From Anthoceros angustus (taxonomy: Eukaryota; Plantae; Anthocerotophyta), in assembly GCA_010909165.1 (NCBI GenBank), contig MU008193.1, forward strand, positions 353,631 through 417,630: 64,000 nt of DNA, in the 5' to 3' direction. The notes under the pieces are model-generated. The model was not told the DNA's origin. It worked only from the letters and a program-made list of their open reading frames with translations, and did not search any database. How positions within the stretch are numbered: position 1 is the stretch's first letter; each line of letters opens with the position of its first letter. Both the position numbers and the translations under genes were made by a program. Below are positions 32,389 through 46,480 of the stretch, piece after piece.

Positions 32389-33937
32389 TTAGAAGCCGAA
32401 GCGAGAGTGGCGTTGAGGAGGCAGCAGAATAGCATCGCGCTGTCGCCTTTCCCTGACGCCACGGATCAAATCCGGATTCACATTGAAGGCAGCGGCTGCC
32501 AATTCCTCCGGCATGTTCCTCAGAACGGAGGTGCTCCCTGCGAGCGCCTCGATCAAGGGCCTTCAAAGCAAAACAACACAACCCAATCTCTTCTTGTTAG
32601 AAACATTGTGAATCATCCAGAGACCCGATGAAGGCCGCAAATGCAGGATTCTGGGAACAGAACAACGTTCACTCACTGGTCGGTGGTGTAGAAGGAGATG
32701 AACTCGAGGCCGTGGCGTCCAGCCTTGATGCCATCGGCGTAGAAGCGGGGGACAAGGAACGCCTCGCCTTCTTGCACCTGCCTGCCGCTCTCGAGGCACT
32801 CGCCGGCGGGGCCCACGATGTGCAGCTCGCCGTCTCCCCTGAGGACATGGACCACCTCGTGGCCGGTGGGCTCCCAGTGCGGCGCCAGGATCGCGCCCGC
32901 CTCCAGCCGGGTGAACGTCAGGCCCAGATTGAGCTGATTCAGAGCCGGGAGCTTGAACCTGTCGGCGATGTGGTAGGAGCCCGCGTCCTGGACGCGAACG
33001 TCGGCCGAACCTTCCCGGACGTTGTACACGAACTCGCCGTGGGCGAGCAGCTCCCGGAGATGGGACCGGCTGCCCTCCAGTGCAAGAGCCACGTTCGAGT
33101 GATGGTGGTGCGGGAACTCCAGGGATCGATCCACCTGAACGATGCCCACTCCGCGCTGGCTCTGTAGGAGACGCTTCACCTGGCTGTCGTCCATGTCCCA
33201 GGCCTCTGCCAGGAAGCCCCGCTTGAAGCCGTGCAGGATCCCGCCAAATTCTTCTCCCCTCTCGCCGCCCATGAGATCGAACGGCTGCAGGACAGGGATG
33301 CGCGGAATCCGATTTGGAGGAGTTAATGGAGTGGCCATGGGCAGATATCCGGTCTAGGAACCCATTACGGTCATCGCACTTACAGTGACTTGGTCAGGGC
33401 TGTATGCTGCGGATGAGTCGGCCAGGCCGATGATTCGGAGCTCGCTGTTGCTGCCCGTGTTGTACCACCAGGAGGCGATTCCCCGAGGAACGGCTACCAC
33501 ATCGCCGCGCCTCACACGGCGCACCCCAGAGCCCTCTCCCATCGAGTAGCCCGTCAGAATTCCGAACATTCCCTCACCTGCAGGAGTATGCACAAGAGAA
33601 CATTTGTAGACACAGAGAATCAGAGAATTGTGAACACTCAGAATCGGCTGAAGAAAGAGCTGTGGGTCCCCATGAATTTCACACCTTCCTCCACATAAGC
33701 GAGGCAGGGGGAGTCGCTGTATTTGGGCAGGGTGAGGCCGCGCTCCCGGAGCGTGATTCGGGTAGCAACGACTCTGGCATCCTGCAGCGCCCCGATGTTG
33801 CTCCAGACATGGACACTTCCTCCGTCGGTGCTGAGGAGCTCTCTGGGCTTCCCAAGCTGCAGCTCATGCCGCTCCCCAGCCACGAGAGTGGCGCTGCACA
33901 AAGCGAGCAGCAGCAGGCCGAGACCCCTCCCGCCCAT
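32389..33937 (-). CDS. 11S globulin/legumin-like bicupin storage-protein homolog with signal peptide, 4 exons
   Basis: MGGRGLGLLLLALCS signal; LTLPKYSDSPCLAYVEEG|EGMFG; RVRRGDVVAVPRGIASWWYNTG; QVT|PFDLMGG..GILHGF; AILAPHW..GDGELHIV..FLVPRF; Q|PLIEALAGSTSVLRNMPEE..AFNV. Three GT-AG introns restore one frame, with a stop at 32389-32391. Confidence 0.9.
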
Positions 33938-35334
33938 GTTTGATAGATTGGAAAGCGGCCTTGTGACAGCAGAAAAGCTCTACTTCAGAGCCCGGATCCA
34001 GATCGATGACGATGATATGAAAGCTTCCATGCCGTTCGTGCTTATGTAGTGACCGCCAGAAGCAACCGATGTGGCAAGTGCAGTAGTAGTGTGCCACTTC
34101 CATGCCTGGGATTCCGCCCACCTCATGCAAAACAGCAATCGAACTTGCACATGTTAGCCTTGTAGTTCTCATGTCCACGGCATGTGTCCATGTCATGTCC
34201 TTATTGTCAGTGGAGCCTGGCTTGTGGAGATGTACGCAAAATCAATCCTTGTCTTGTGGAAATGTACTCAAAATGAACGTGCTCGCAGATGGTCCCTATT
34301 CTGCATAACCAGTGCATGGTGGAGAAAGGTGGATTTCTCCACAAGCCACTGTTCACCTAATGTGTGGATTGGATGGATACATTCTGGAAGCATGTCTCAG
34401 CCTGACACAAGCATTTTGCCTTGGTGAGCATTGCGTTTCTTTTCCTGTATGTACAAAGCATTGTATATTATTGCCTGCAGGCGGTTACAAAAAGCCTGGC
34501 TTAAAATCCCCCACACAAAATCCAGCGAGTTTTAGTTGAAAGTATGTGCAGCATTTGTGACGTGCAGCGAGACCTTCAACCCCTTCGTGTCACTCCAATT
34601 CTGCCATGCTAGGCTTGGCTGATCTGTTCGGACAAGAGATTGTGGGGGCTGTAAAATGATCCTCACAGTCTCTTGGTAGAACAGGGCTTTAAAACACTCC
34701 ACATAACCACATAATATTGAATATTGTATAGAACAAGAAGAATATATTATAAATTTTTTGTCATGGGATTAATGGTATATGCATCATCCACCTCCACTCC
34801 ACATAATATGGATTCATGAATTCATGATCTACCATGAATTTATATAATATTTAACATAATAATTGTAATAATTAAATTAGCAATAATATTTAAATAAAAT
34901 ACTATAAACTTGATAAATAAAGTTACTATCCAAGTATAGTATTGCATTACTATGTCTTGTTTTGTTCTCTTCATTTAGGACCTTCAGGTTTTGAACTCAG
35001 TTCTCACTAGAACTCCTTATTTAGAACTCCTTATTTAATAGTACTCGATCACCATTTACTGAAATGGTAATCAAAGTATGTCTATATATTGAGGTCTATT
35101 TTCCTCAAAAAATTGAAATACCAAAGTACGTTTATATTTGTAGCTAGGAATCACGGTATAAAAAGGTCACCTGACTCACCGAACAACCGTGAGTGAATTG
35201 AGGAGTCACAAACTCTTGAACTAAGTTGAATGAAGAAAGGTGAAAGAAAGAAATACTAATTTGATGAAAGTTATAGTAATAACTTAAAATTATTCTTATT
35301 TTAAGTGAAGTTATTACCCTTCAAGTAAATTGAT

Positions 35335-37001
35335 ATGGATTATAGAAATGATACCAGATCTTTAAATGTGTATGTTAAGAATTTACATAAGCAGTATGTA
35401 GATAATGATGAACTGTTTAATAATTTTAAAGGTTTTGGAATAATTTTGAGGTGTAAAGTAGTAGTTGACAAAAATGGATTATCGAAAGGGTATGGATATG
35501 TTTGTTTTCGGGAAAGACGGGGAGCTCAGCTTGCTATGACAACTAGCATGGTTTTGTATGGTTTGCACTTAGATGTAACTCCTTACCTCTCTCGTGCACT
35601 TCGAGAGCAAATTAAGGATGGTAGTGAAGGGGCAAATTATACAAATGTGTATGTTAAAAATTTCAAGGAGAACACAAATGAACAGATATTGCGAAATATA
35701 TTCCGCAGTTTTGGAGAAGTTATTACTGTTCGAGTAATGAAATATGATAATGGGCAGTCCAAGCGAGCTGGCTTTGTACATTTTTTTCATCATGAAGATG
35801 CTGCTAATGCTGTTGCTACATTAAGCGACGATTGATTAAGATAGATGGTATGTTCATCGTGCTCACGATGAATCAGGAGGAACAATTTTTGAGATATAGA
35901 TTGCAAAAAGATGTCAATCTTTATGTAAGAAACTTTGACGATGGTGTTGATGCTAAGATGCTGCAAGAGGCGTTTTCACCATTTGGTGTAATTTCTTCTT
36001 GTAAGGTTGCGAAAGATGGGCAAGGGTTTAACATGGGATATGCGTTTGTTGCATTTACCACTCCAAAAGAAGCTTCAAATGCAATATATCATATGCACGG
36101 TCAAACATCCTTGATTGGAGGACCATTGTTTGTTCAATTAGCTTTATCCAAAGAAGATAAGGAAGATGAGTGGACATCGGCTCGTGCAAGTGTAGAGGCT
36201 AGAATTCATGACAGTGCGAGGAATTGGATTGGGAGCCTAGGTTCACAACCTAGAAGTTCGGTAGGAGCTGAAGCTTTTAGGAGTCTTTCAAGGACTTTAA
36301 CTCCCAAGAGTCTTGATTCACAACCACAAAGTTCAGCACGAAGTAGAACATTGCTTCCTCATGAATTCGAGGCTTGTAGTTCTACGAGCACTTTGACAAA
36401 GAGTCAAGATTCACAGCATCGAGATTCAATAAGAACATCGATAGCGTTTTCACGTGCAGCAGTTGAAGCTTGGAGTCATGAAAGCGCTGTAAATGAGAGT
36501 CTTAATTCACATTGTCAAAGTTCAGGAACAAGAGGGATAATATCAGCTCCAAGTGCAAAAGAATCCAAATATGTGAGGAATTTGATGGAGGGTCTTGAAT
36601 CACAAGCTCAAAGCTCAATAAGGATAACGATAGCCATTCCAAGTGTGGAAGTTAGGAATGATGAGAGCCTTAAATCTCAATCTAAAAGGACAACTAGAAT
36701 AACAACAGTCCTTGCAGCTGTAGAAGCTAGGAATGATGTTACGAAGTCTACACTGAGTCTTGTTTCAGAGCCGCAAAGCTTAGCAAGAATTGCTGACAAG
36801 AAAAGGATAGCCATGTTTGGAGAATTACTATATTCATGTATAGTTAGAATAGAAACAAATCATGTATGCAAAGTGGTATCATTTATACTAGAAAATATGA
36901 CCCAAGATGAGATTGAGGATCTCCTTGAATCCCCAAAAGCTTTAGAAGCTGAAGTTGTTAAGTCAGTGCACATAATAAAATGTGATAAAAATAATAAATA
37001 A
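35335..37001 (+). CDS. Intronless PABP-like protein, copy 1 (3 RRM + Ser-rich linker + divergent MLLE/PABC); frame break near 35825-35880
   Basis: LNVYVKNL..FGIILRCKVVVDKNGLSKGYGYVCF; YTNVYVKNF; NLYVRNF..PFGVISSCKV; MFGELLY..KVVSFILE. The break is small indels relative to copy 2. Confidence 0.85.
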
Positions 37002-38249
37002 TTAAAATTTTTCTTTTAAAGTGGTGGAGTATCAAATAAGAATACGATTCTGTCTCCATTCTGTTGGGTCTGTTAGAGGAGAAGGCTGTTTAAGCTAACT
37101 ACCTTGGTGTGTGTGCTATGAAGGCAAACTGCTAAATATAGGAGGTACACGAGCACGCAACACACTTTTCAGTAAATGAAGACCGTGGCAGTTGGACAAG
37201 ACCGTAGCACTACGTATGCCCTTTTGAAGTTTGAAGCAAGCCTTGCTATAAGAAAGCGGCCTTTAGATTGTAAAAAACAAGCCCAGTTCTTGTACGGAAC
37301 AATGGCCCTTTGCTCCAACAAGCTATCCTTTGGTTGAGTCCTCTTCTTGGTCTGTCTGTAAGAAAAAGGTGCCCAGCGTACGAGTGGAGAGGTGTTGAGG
37401 CATCCCGGCAGCACACCGCTGAAGGAGCCTTCCTCGTAGCCTCAACATCAGAAGGTTTTGTCTCAACATGCTTGAAGCTGGGGGATGGCAATAGCTTTGG
37501 TCTGTACAATGTACATGTGCAGCCCTTGCAGATAGTGGATTACTACCAGGTTGTGAAACAAAGCCAGAAAATTGTGTAGAAATGGCATCACATAAGCCCT
37601 CAAGCTTGAGGCAAATTGGTTGGTGTAATCCTTTGACGAATGATAGTAAGAAAGAGCTCATACATTTGCTGCTTGTGTGTATGTGGTCCCATACTAGCAA
37701 CTCCATGTCTGTAACTATATGTCACACATGTGCGTAGATATATTTAACAAAGTGGCACCCCTAATGGGACTTGCACAAGTGCAAAAGGCTTGGTGTCCTA
37801 ACGTAAAAGGCTGGCTTATCATCTGGCTTGTCATCCGTTGAGCTTTCCTTCACAGCTTCTTGTTTGCCTGGCAGGTCACCTAGGCTAATCCATTAGTCTC
37901 TTAATCTAGAAGCTTGCTTCTTGGGAAATGAAATGCTCTCTACTAATCAGAGTTCTTAGAGGGTTTCAACTTCACATAGGAGAAACTTGTTGCCTCAGCT
38001 TCCGCACAGAGCAGAGAATTCTGGAAATAGTCCCAGTAGTAGTTTCCATGGGGGTTGTCAACACCTTGAAAATGTATACCCTCATGTTTGTGCTTGATCA
38101 TTAGATGTAAGTCTTCCCGTTAGTGTTGGGCAATTGTTGTTGGGTCTTCCTCATCATACCTGTTCAAACCATTGGTGAAAGCCAAGATGATCTGCAATGA
38201 CAAAAAATGTGTGAAATACTTTTCCACCTCCCTGTAGAGGCCTGGTTTG

Positions 38250-39660
38250 AGGAACTAGGTGACTCCCATAGGATTGATTAGTCGGTCCTCCAGACTGCGT
38301 TCCTCATGCAATTCTGAAGCAAGACCTTCGAGAAAGACAATAAGGAACAGTTGAGTTGCTTGTACCAGAAAGATGGCAAGGACACTACTAGCTATATCGA
38401 TCGCACGCGCACTTTGGTGAAGAGATTGGGCTATGCCACCCATGAAGTGAAGATGAAACGGGTGAAAAACTAGTTCGTCCGAGGAATTCATGGCGAGTCT
38501 CGCAGAAGATGGAAGAAGATAATGTTGACTTGAAGCCCGTGATTGAGATGGCCTTGGAGAGAAGGAAGCCCTCTTCTCAGTTCAGGCCAGAGTACGCACA
38601 ACACCGTGGAAGGAGCTCCAGCTCTTCTCCCAAGCCTGCGCCGACGAAAACAGCGGTCAGTTATGATGCCAGGGACACAGCTTAGAACGATGTCAACAAA
38701 CGACTAATACGGGAACTTGCTGAGCTTCGAGTATCCTTCTGAAAGTTGGAGGAAGAAAGGATCGAGGCAACACACACCAAACCACGAGAGCCGTGCAAGA
38801 AGTGTGGTGCAAGCCATGAACATACCATTGGGTATTGTGTAAAGAGCCCCTGCGGTTATTGTGGCGGTTCTGGACATATAGAATGGCACTGCCACTTAAC
38901 TCCCAAGAACAACAAGCCACAACCTTACAACATTGTCAGAAGGAAGCCAAACAACCAGGGCATAACTCACCAAGCTTGGGCCATGACCACCTTACCGACA
39001 ATTCAAGAAGTCGACACCAAGGGTAAGCTTCAAGTGAGTCATGTTTCTACTGATTCGAGTGAAGCTCATTGTGTTACTATCAATTATGAGGACAAGAAAC
39101 CTCGTGCCTACGATGATGATGAGGAGCCGGGGAGAAGGACCAAGGTAGCCAAGCATGATGAGGCAATCACTCCTCTGGAGATTGAGATGCACGATGCATC
39201 CACTGCAGAGAAGAAGAGAAGACGTCGAAAGGGTGTCACCTTGCCACCGATCGCAAAGGAAGTGGAAAAATATTCTTTACTTTAGGACATCACGGGGCGA
39301 GAAGTGCACATGACCTTTGGCTAGTTTTTTGGACTAGTTCCTATTGCTCGGTGAGAGATCCATGGCAACTGCTCCCGGGAGATCAAGTCCAAGAAGGGAA
39401 GGTCGAAAGTAAAGAATGCCACAACCATGCGCGTGTCAAATGATTATGTTGGATGGATGAGGAAAAATGAGTCTCCGGAGATCCATCACAACATGGGTGA
39501 ATGGACGGGAAGTCAAGGATGTGATGGTGGATGGGGGTTCTTCAACAAACCTCATCAACGTCCATCGTCTGAAAGCTCTGGAATTGGGATCCATTCGCCC
39601 AATGCACACTACAAAAATAGGGGTGCTTTTACAATGGGAATTACAATGCCATTTACAAAA
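38250..39660 (+). mobile_element. Degenerate Ty3/Gypsy gag-protease remnant
   Basis: Gag-like LYQKDGKDTTSYIDR, zinc knuckle CGYCGGSGHIEWHC, aspartic protease VMVDGGSSTNLI; multiple stops. Confidence 0.75.
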
Positions 39661-42059
39661 TTATTTAATAATATATTGTAAATCCAAACGTTGTAGTGGA
39701 TGCATCCCCAATAACGTTATAAACAGGTAAATACTTATGCCACTTTTGCCATCTTTGGTTGTAAAGGGAAACGCTTGGTGTAAATGCGGTTTGGTGTTAG
39801 GTTTGGAACATGCTAACATGCCACATCAATGGGCGTGCCACATCATCCTGCCATGTCACTGTTCGTGCCACGTCAGCAGGTCAGGGTTTAGGGTTTTAGG
39901 TTACAAAATAGTTTACAACACATGTATTTTAATATGTGATTTACCGAATAAGCAGCAATGCGCCTTACAATGGGTACAAACACGAGCAGTGCAACATATT
40001 TAACATTAGGTTTAAATATGAGGTTTACCCTGGTTAAGGAACCATGGGTCATTGTAACTCATGGTGAAGTAATCGGCGTACTGTACTACAGTTAATAAAC
40101 TAGAGTTAGGGTAACCAGAGTATATTAATCGGGGTCACCTAACCAGAGTTACCTAACCAGGTAGCATTGTAAATCACGTTGTGCCCCATTGCTGCTAGGT
40201 GCATTGTAAAGTAAGCTGGTATTTCAATTTTTATAAATGGTAATATTCTGGATAAGTACTAAAAATACATAAATACTCGAATTTTATTAATATTGGTTTA
40301 GGGGAGGGAAAATTGCAGTGGGCAATGAGCTCCATAGATCTAGAGCGGAGAGGTAGGTTCACACTTTACATATGCATATGCTATGAAATCCTGGGAACTA
40401 GTGGCCACGAAGCTACAAATCTGGAAGAGTGGTGTGTCTACAGTTGACTGCATGTTTCACTCCGGTTTCAGCATACTAAGTTGAGTGCCCCACACTACAA
40501 AACCACGCCGGTTCGTTACTCTATGTTAAGATCCTCAGCTATATGCTTCCTCGAAATGTTGTGCACAAAACAGCAACATGAGTGCTTGACAAACTCGGGA
40601 AAACAAGTAGAGCATAAGGTACATTATCATACAAACTAGGCTGGGTGGGTTGCCATGTCTGCAGTTTGAAGCTTACCACTCCTGGGTTCATCTGTAGAGT
40701 TCAGGTGAATGCACCGCCACTCGTACCTATATCATGATTAGCCAGATCATCAGCAAATCCTGCTATCAAAAGCAAGAGAATTGATAACAAGGTGGAAGCA
40801 TGGTTTGGTGCCACACTTTTGTGCTATGGCAAAGTACATTTGGCTACCTTGTGATAGAGTGTGAATGGTGTGAATATGAATGATTAAATTTTATATATTT
40901 CACCATTTCCTTTTTATCTTATAGTATATTATTATTACTATCTACTTTAACTTTCTACTTTTCACTTTTCTTATAAAACTTCACTTTGGGTAAGTCTAAA
41001 TCAACTCACTTTACCCGTTGACAATTGTGCTACCTTTCTCGCAGAGCTTCCCATCACCATCGCGCCAATTGCATACCCTGGTCCTGAAGGTAGGATGGTT
41101 TGGACATTGGCACGTCCCCCCTCTCTCCCCCTTCCTCCTTCCTCCTTCCTCCTTCCGAGGAGGAAGGAAGGAACCTGAAGGGGAATATAATAACCCCATT
41201 GAGGCAGGCGCCCCTTGTCACGAAGAACACCTTTCCTAGAAACGACATATGTGCCTTTGATAATGCACACCCTTTACGAGGTCATACTGCGATAAAAGCC
41301 TTTCAAGTCTACACTGGAGCACAGTAGGGTGTGGGCCCGTCTGCGGTTTTGTAGAATGCATAGAGGGCTGCCATTTTCATATGTTTACTACCACCAAAAA
41401 CTTTTACTTTCAAGTGGTGGAACACAATGAAAACAATCCTGTACTAGTGGGAGTCTTATTTCAATGGTTGTGAGACCATTGCAACAAACAATTGCTAAAA
41501 AAAGAAGTGGTCATCAGCATCGACAATAGTCATTCAAGAGTGCGGCTTGGCGACTCATCCATGCCTTGCGCCAAAACTGAGTCAAGTACCAGCGCCATAT
41601 TCCGGAGGCGGTCCATATCCTCCGCCTCAAAGTTTTCGTTCTCCTCCATTGCTTGCTCGTCTTCAATAGTACCATTCTTGGGCCCAGCGTCTGACGGTGT
41701 CGACTGCCACATAGCATCTAGCGTCTGCTGACCCTCATCCAAAAGGTCGGCAGTCGTGGTCTTCAACCTTCTGGCACTCAATGCAACCACTTGGGCTTTA
41801 AGGCAATGCCAGCGTCCTTAAAATGAACAAAGTTAGTTGCCCATGCGCCCATGCAAGCATCCTTAAAATCAACAAAATTGAGTTGTTAAGAAGATACGAG
41901 TTTTGAACACGAAACCTAACACTTTGGGAATGCTTGCATGGGTGTTTGCAATGCTTCATGTTTGGGAACACGAAACAAGTGTAAACCCGTATCTTTGCAT
42001 GAGTGTTTGCAATGCTTTGTGCTTTTGAGCCGCTAAATATATATTTTCTTAAAGACAGC

Positions 42060-42245
42060 CTATGAGAAGCCCATGGGGGCGCCGTGGCAGCGCCATGCGA
42101 TGGCACAAAATGCTAGGCCGGCGCCCATGGCGTGGCATGGCGTGTTGGGGAGGAGGGTGCCGGCGCCCATGCGCCCATGGGTAGGCGGTGTGCTGGGGAT
42201 GGCGCGGCGCCCATGGGGAGCATGGCGTGTTGGGGATGGCCATGT
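42060..42245. repeat. GC-rich cluster of GCGCCCATG / CATGGCG motifs in mixed orientation
   Basis: Read directly; resembles TE subterminal motif clusters. Confidence 0.6.
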
Positions 42246-42903
42246 ACTTCCACGTGATATGTACAGGGGCATATCAAAATGCCGAAGGCAAGCAGGGAAT
42301 GGTGCGGATGAATGGGGACATAATGGAAATCTTGAAGGGGATGTTTCCGGCAGTGTTGTGCACTATGGACACACATAACAGGCCATTCTGGATTGGGGAG
42401 AGTCATTGACGCGAAGCTAGATGCACCATTTGGAACCTAGAAGATTGGTCCACCCAACAACCATAGGTAACTTAAAAAGCAATCCAAGGCTTCCTAACTT
42501 CTTTGATCAATGGATGGACATGGCTACTTCCGACCCGATACAGCACCAACAATCTCCACCACAAGAAGCCGGTGTAAACGAAGAACAACAAGGAAATCCA
42601 AAGAATATGCGTGCGATATAAACCTTAAAGCGGTGTTATTATAAATCTATATAATATTAATAATTAAATAATGGTTATAGGAACATAAACATATTCATTA
42701 TATCGCTAGATAAAATAATTACCAAAGTATGTCTATATATGCAGGTAATGGGTTATTACTTTAATACCTTGAACTTATGATATAACGACATCATTAGACT
42801 CAAGTTCCAAACAGCTGAAGTAAATTGAATCAGGGAAGTCAAAGTACTAATTTAAAATTATTCTTATTTTAAGTGAAGTTATTATCCTTCAAGTGAAGAT
42901 AGT

Positions 42904-45006
42904 ATGGATTATTCAAATGACAAAAGACTTTCAAATGTGTATGTTAAGAATCTACATAGGCATTATGTAAATAACGATGAGCTTTTCAGGGCTTTTCAAG
43001 TTTTCGGAACAATTTCAAGTTGTATGGTAGTAGTCGACGAAAATAGAGTATCAAGAGGTTATGGATATGTTTGTTTTCACAAAAGAGAAGCAGCTCTACT
43101 AGCTATGACAATTGACATAGTTTTGTATGGTTTGCGCTTAGATATAACTCCTTATATCTCTCGTGCACGTCGAGAGCAAATTCAGGATGGTAGTGAAGGG
43201 GAAAATTATACAAATGTGTATATTAAAAATTTCAAGGAGAACACAAATGAACAGATATTGCGAAATATATTTGAAAATTTTGGAGAAGTTATTAGCGTTC
43301 GAGTGATGAGATATGATAATGGGCAGTCTAAGCAAGCTGGATTTGTACATTTTTTTCGTCATGAAGATGCTGCTAAAGCCGTCGCTACATTAAACGGGGC
43401 GGCAGTTGATGGCCAAGATGACTGGTATGTTCATCGTGCTCATAGTAGATCCGAGAAGGAACAATTTTTGAGATATAGATTGCAGAAAGGTGTCAATCTT
43501 TATGTAAGAAATATTGATGATGGTGTTGATGGTAGGATGTTACATGAGGCTTTTTCACCATTTGGAATGATTTCTTCTTGTAAGATTGTGAAAGGTGGTC
43601 AAGGGGCTAGCACAGGATATGCGTTTGTTGCCTTTACCACTCCAGAAGAAGCCTCAAATGCAATATATCATATGCACGGTCAGACATCCTTGCTTGGAGG
43701 ACCATTATTTGTTCAATTAGCTTTACAATCCAAAGAAGATAAGGAAGATGAATGGACATCAGCTCATGTACATGTAGATGCTAGCAGTCATGATAGTGCA
43801 GTCAATTGGATTGCGAGTGTAGGTTCACATGCTCAAAGTTTAGCAGGAGTGGAAGCTAATCGGAGTCTTACAAGGACCTTGACTCTTAGGAGTCTTGATT
43901 CTCAATTACCACAAAGTTCAGTAGGAATAAGAACATTCCTTCCTTATGGATTTGACACTTGGAGTACTGCTAGCAATCTGATAAAGAGTCAAGATTCACA
44001 GCATGCTCAAATTTTAGCAACAGTGGAAGCTAGTCGGAGTCTTACAAGGACCTTGACTCGTAAGAGTCTTGATTCTCAATTACCACAAAGTTCAGTAGGA
44101 ATAAGGACATTCCTTCCTTATGGATTCGACACTTGGAGTACTGCTAGCAATCGGTAAGAGTCAAGATTCACGGCATGCTCAAATTTTAGTGGAAGCTAGT
44201 CGAGTCTTACAAGGACTTTGACTCGTAAAGTCTTGATTCTCAATTACCACAAAGTTCGGTAGGAATAAGGACATTCCTTCCTTATGGATTCGACACTTGG
44301 AGTCTGCTAGCAATCGGTAAAGAGTCAAGATTCACATGCTCAAATTTTAGCGATGGGAATTAGTCTTACAAGGACTTTGACTCGTAAGAGTCTTGATTCT
44401 CAATTACCACAAAGTTGAGGAATAAGGACATTCCTTCCTTATGGATTCGACACTTGGAGTACTGCTAGCAATCTGATAAAGAGTCAAGATTCACAGCATC
44501 GAGGCTCAATGAGAACATCGATAGTGCTTTCACCCGCAGCAATTGAAGCTTGGAGTCATGGGAGGGCTTTAAATGATAGTCTTAATTCACATTGTCAAAG
44601 TTCAATAAAAAGAGGGATCATACCACCTTCAAGTGCAAAAGAATTCAAATTTGTGAGGAATTTAACTGAGAGCATGGAATCACAGCCTCAAAGCTCAATA
44701 GAGACGTTGACACTCGTTCCAAGTGTAGAAGCTAGGAATGATGTTAGGAAGTCAATACATAGTCTTATTTCAGAGCCTCAAAGCTTAGCAAGAATTGTTG
44801 ATAAGAAAAGGATAGCCATGTTTGGAGAATTATTATATGCATGCATAGTTAAAATAGAGGACAATCATGCGTGCAAAATGGTGGGATTGATCCTAGAAAA
44901 TATGACCGAAGATGAGATTTCGGATCTCCTTGACTCTCCACACGCTTTAAAAGCAGCTGTTGTCAAGTTAGTTACCATAATTAAATGTAATAAAAACAAT
45001 GAATAA
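42904..45006 (+). CDS. Intronless PABP-like protein, copy 2, with four 58-aa linker repeats (frame breaks inside repeats 2-4)
   Basis: ORFs 42904-44157 (3 RRMs) and 44509-45006 (MLLE-like KMVGLILE) are joined by 174-bp repeats carrying small deletions. Confidence 0.85.
43831..44499 (+). repeat. About 174-bp coding tandem repeat x4 in the PABP-like copy 2 linker
   Basis: Units start at 43831, 44005, about 44177 and about 44338. Confidence 0.9.
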
Positions 45007-46480
45007 ATTCCTTTTAAAGTGATGGAATGAGGGGCACATCTTGCCTTCATTTTTGATCCGTCAAATCCCTTTCCTGCTGTCTTTGCGTCTCCTCCTAACA
45101 ACTAACAACGTGCGGGCTACACATACACTAGCAGGGCAGTGTGGTGTGTGACACACGAGGTGAGAACAGGTCTACCGAGAGATGGAACGATAGATGAGTT
45201 TGCGAAGAGAGTGCACGAAGACACCAGCAACAACAAACCGGAGTCCCCCACTTGCAACCCCGTGCCCTGTCGTCCAGGACGAACAGTTCACATGAAATTG
45301 TGTAAAGCTTCTACAATGCTCTCACCTGCTCCGATCAAGGGAGGCAAAAGACATGGTCCGCAACTACTGAATGTCACTTCTTCCCTCATCCCAGCAGAAC
45401 ATGCTGCACCAGACCGTGCATGTCTGGCTGATCCCACACCGGTCAATGGAGCATTAAAGGGTGAAGAGAGTTTGCATCAAGCCCTAGAATGCCCTGTGGA
45501 CAGAGAGATGATGTGCACAATTAACCAGCGCAAGAAAAATTGAAGGAGGAGATCTCCTTGCACTTAACAAATGCTGCAGATATTGTACAACCATCACTGA
45601 CGACGGTAGGTTGCAACAGAGCTCTGCAAGGCGATTATATGCTTACAGCATGAGGGAAGGACACAAGACATGTACAATGAGCTCAGGAAAATTGCAACGA
45701 GGCCTGTATGCTAGCTGATCCAAGTGCAACCAAATAACACATACAAGCCAGAGAGGCCTGATGTGCCATAGAAGCCAGTGATTGAGAAACATGCCTCAAA
45801 GGCACCAGCGGCAGCAGCAACGAAAGCGCCTCCTGTTCAGGATCAAGCTTGCTTCTCCCTTGCCCTGGCTAACATATACCAGGTAAGGGTGTGTGATCTC
45901 TGGTACTCCTGCAGGAATATGAGCAATTACCCGCACAAACATAAGGCATGAGTAGGAATTGGGATTGCATTAGAAGCTGATCATGGAAGGCACCACTCAC
46001 ACACCTCGGACCTTGCTTAGGTTTTCTGAATCTGCTGGAAAGGCGGTAGAATACCTTCCTGCCATGGCGTGTGTCATCTCATGATGCTCGAAGGGTCGAT
46101 GGGGCGAACAAGCCGTGGCGTGGCAAGTTGGTGCCCACATCTACCCCGACGCTGCCACTCTTGATTGGCTTATCCCGGGCATACCATTATTGCTTTAATC
46201 CCGGAACCATTGCTGACCTTTCTAGGCCAGAAAGGTGTTGGATATTCAAGATGTATATGGACCATATGCATCAAGCATCCACGCGGGAGTGAATGGGCTG
46301 GAGCTGACAGGCATAATGATGCCAGGATTCAGGGACAAGCTGCTCCGAAGTGTGATTTTGCATAAAGGTAGGCCGAACTTCAAACAAGCAGGCGGAGACA
46401 CTCTGAATATGCTTGAAGATATGTTCACTCGATATGATTTTTGCTTATACAAGCTCCTTGCTGGATCAGGTTGGACATGG

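Noticed and set aside
41120-41185. (CCTTCCT)n / GGAAGG purine-pyrimidine tract as a functional hairpin or H-DNA
   Set aside because: Short low-complexity sequence; no supporting context.
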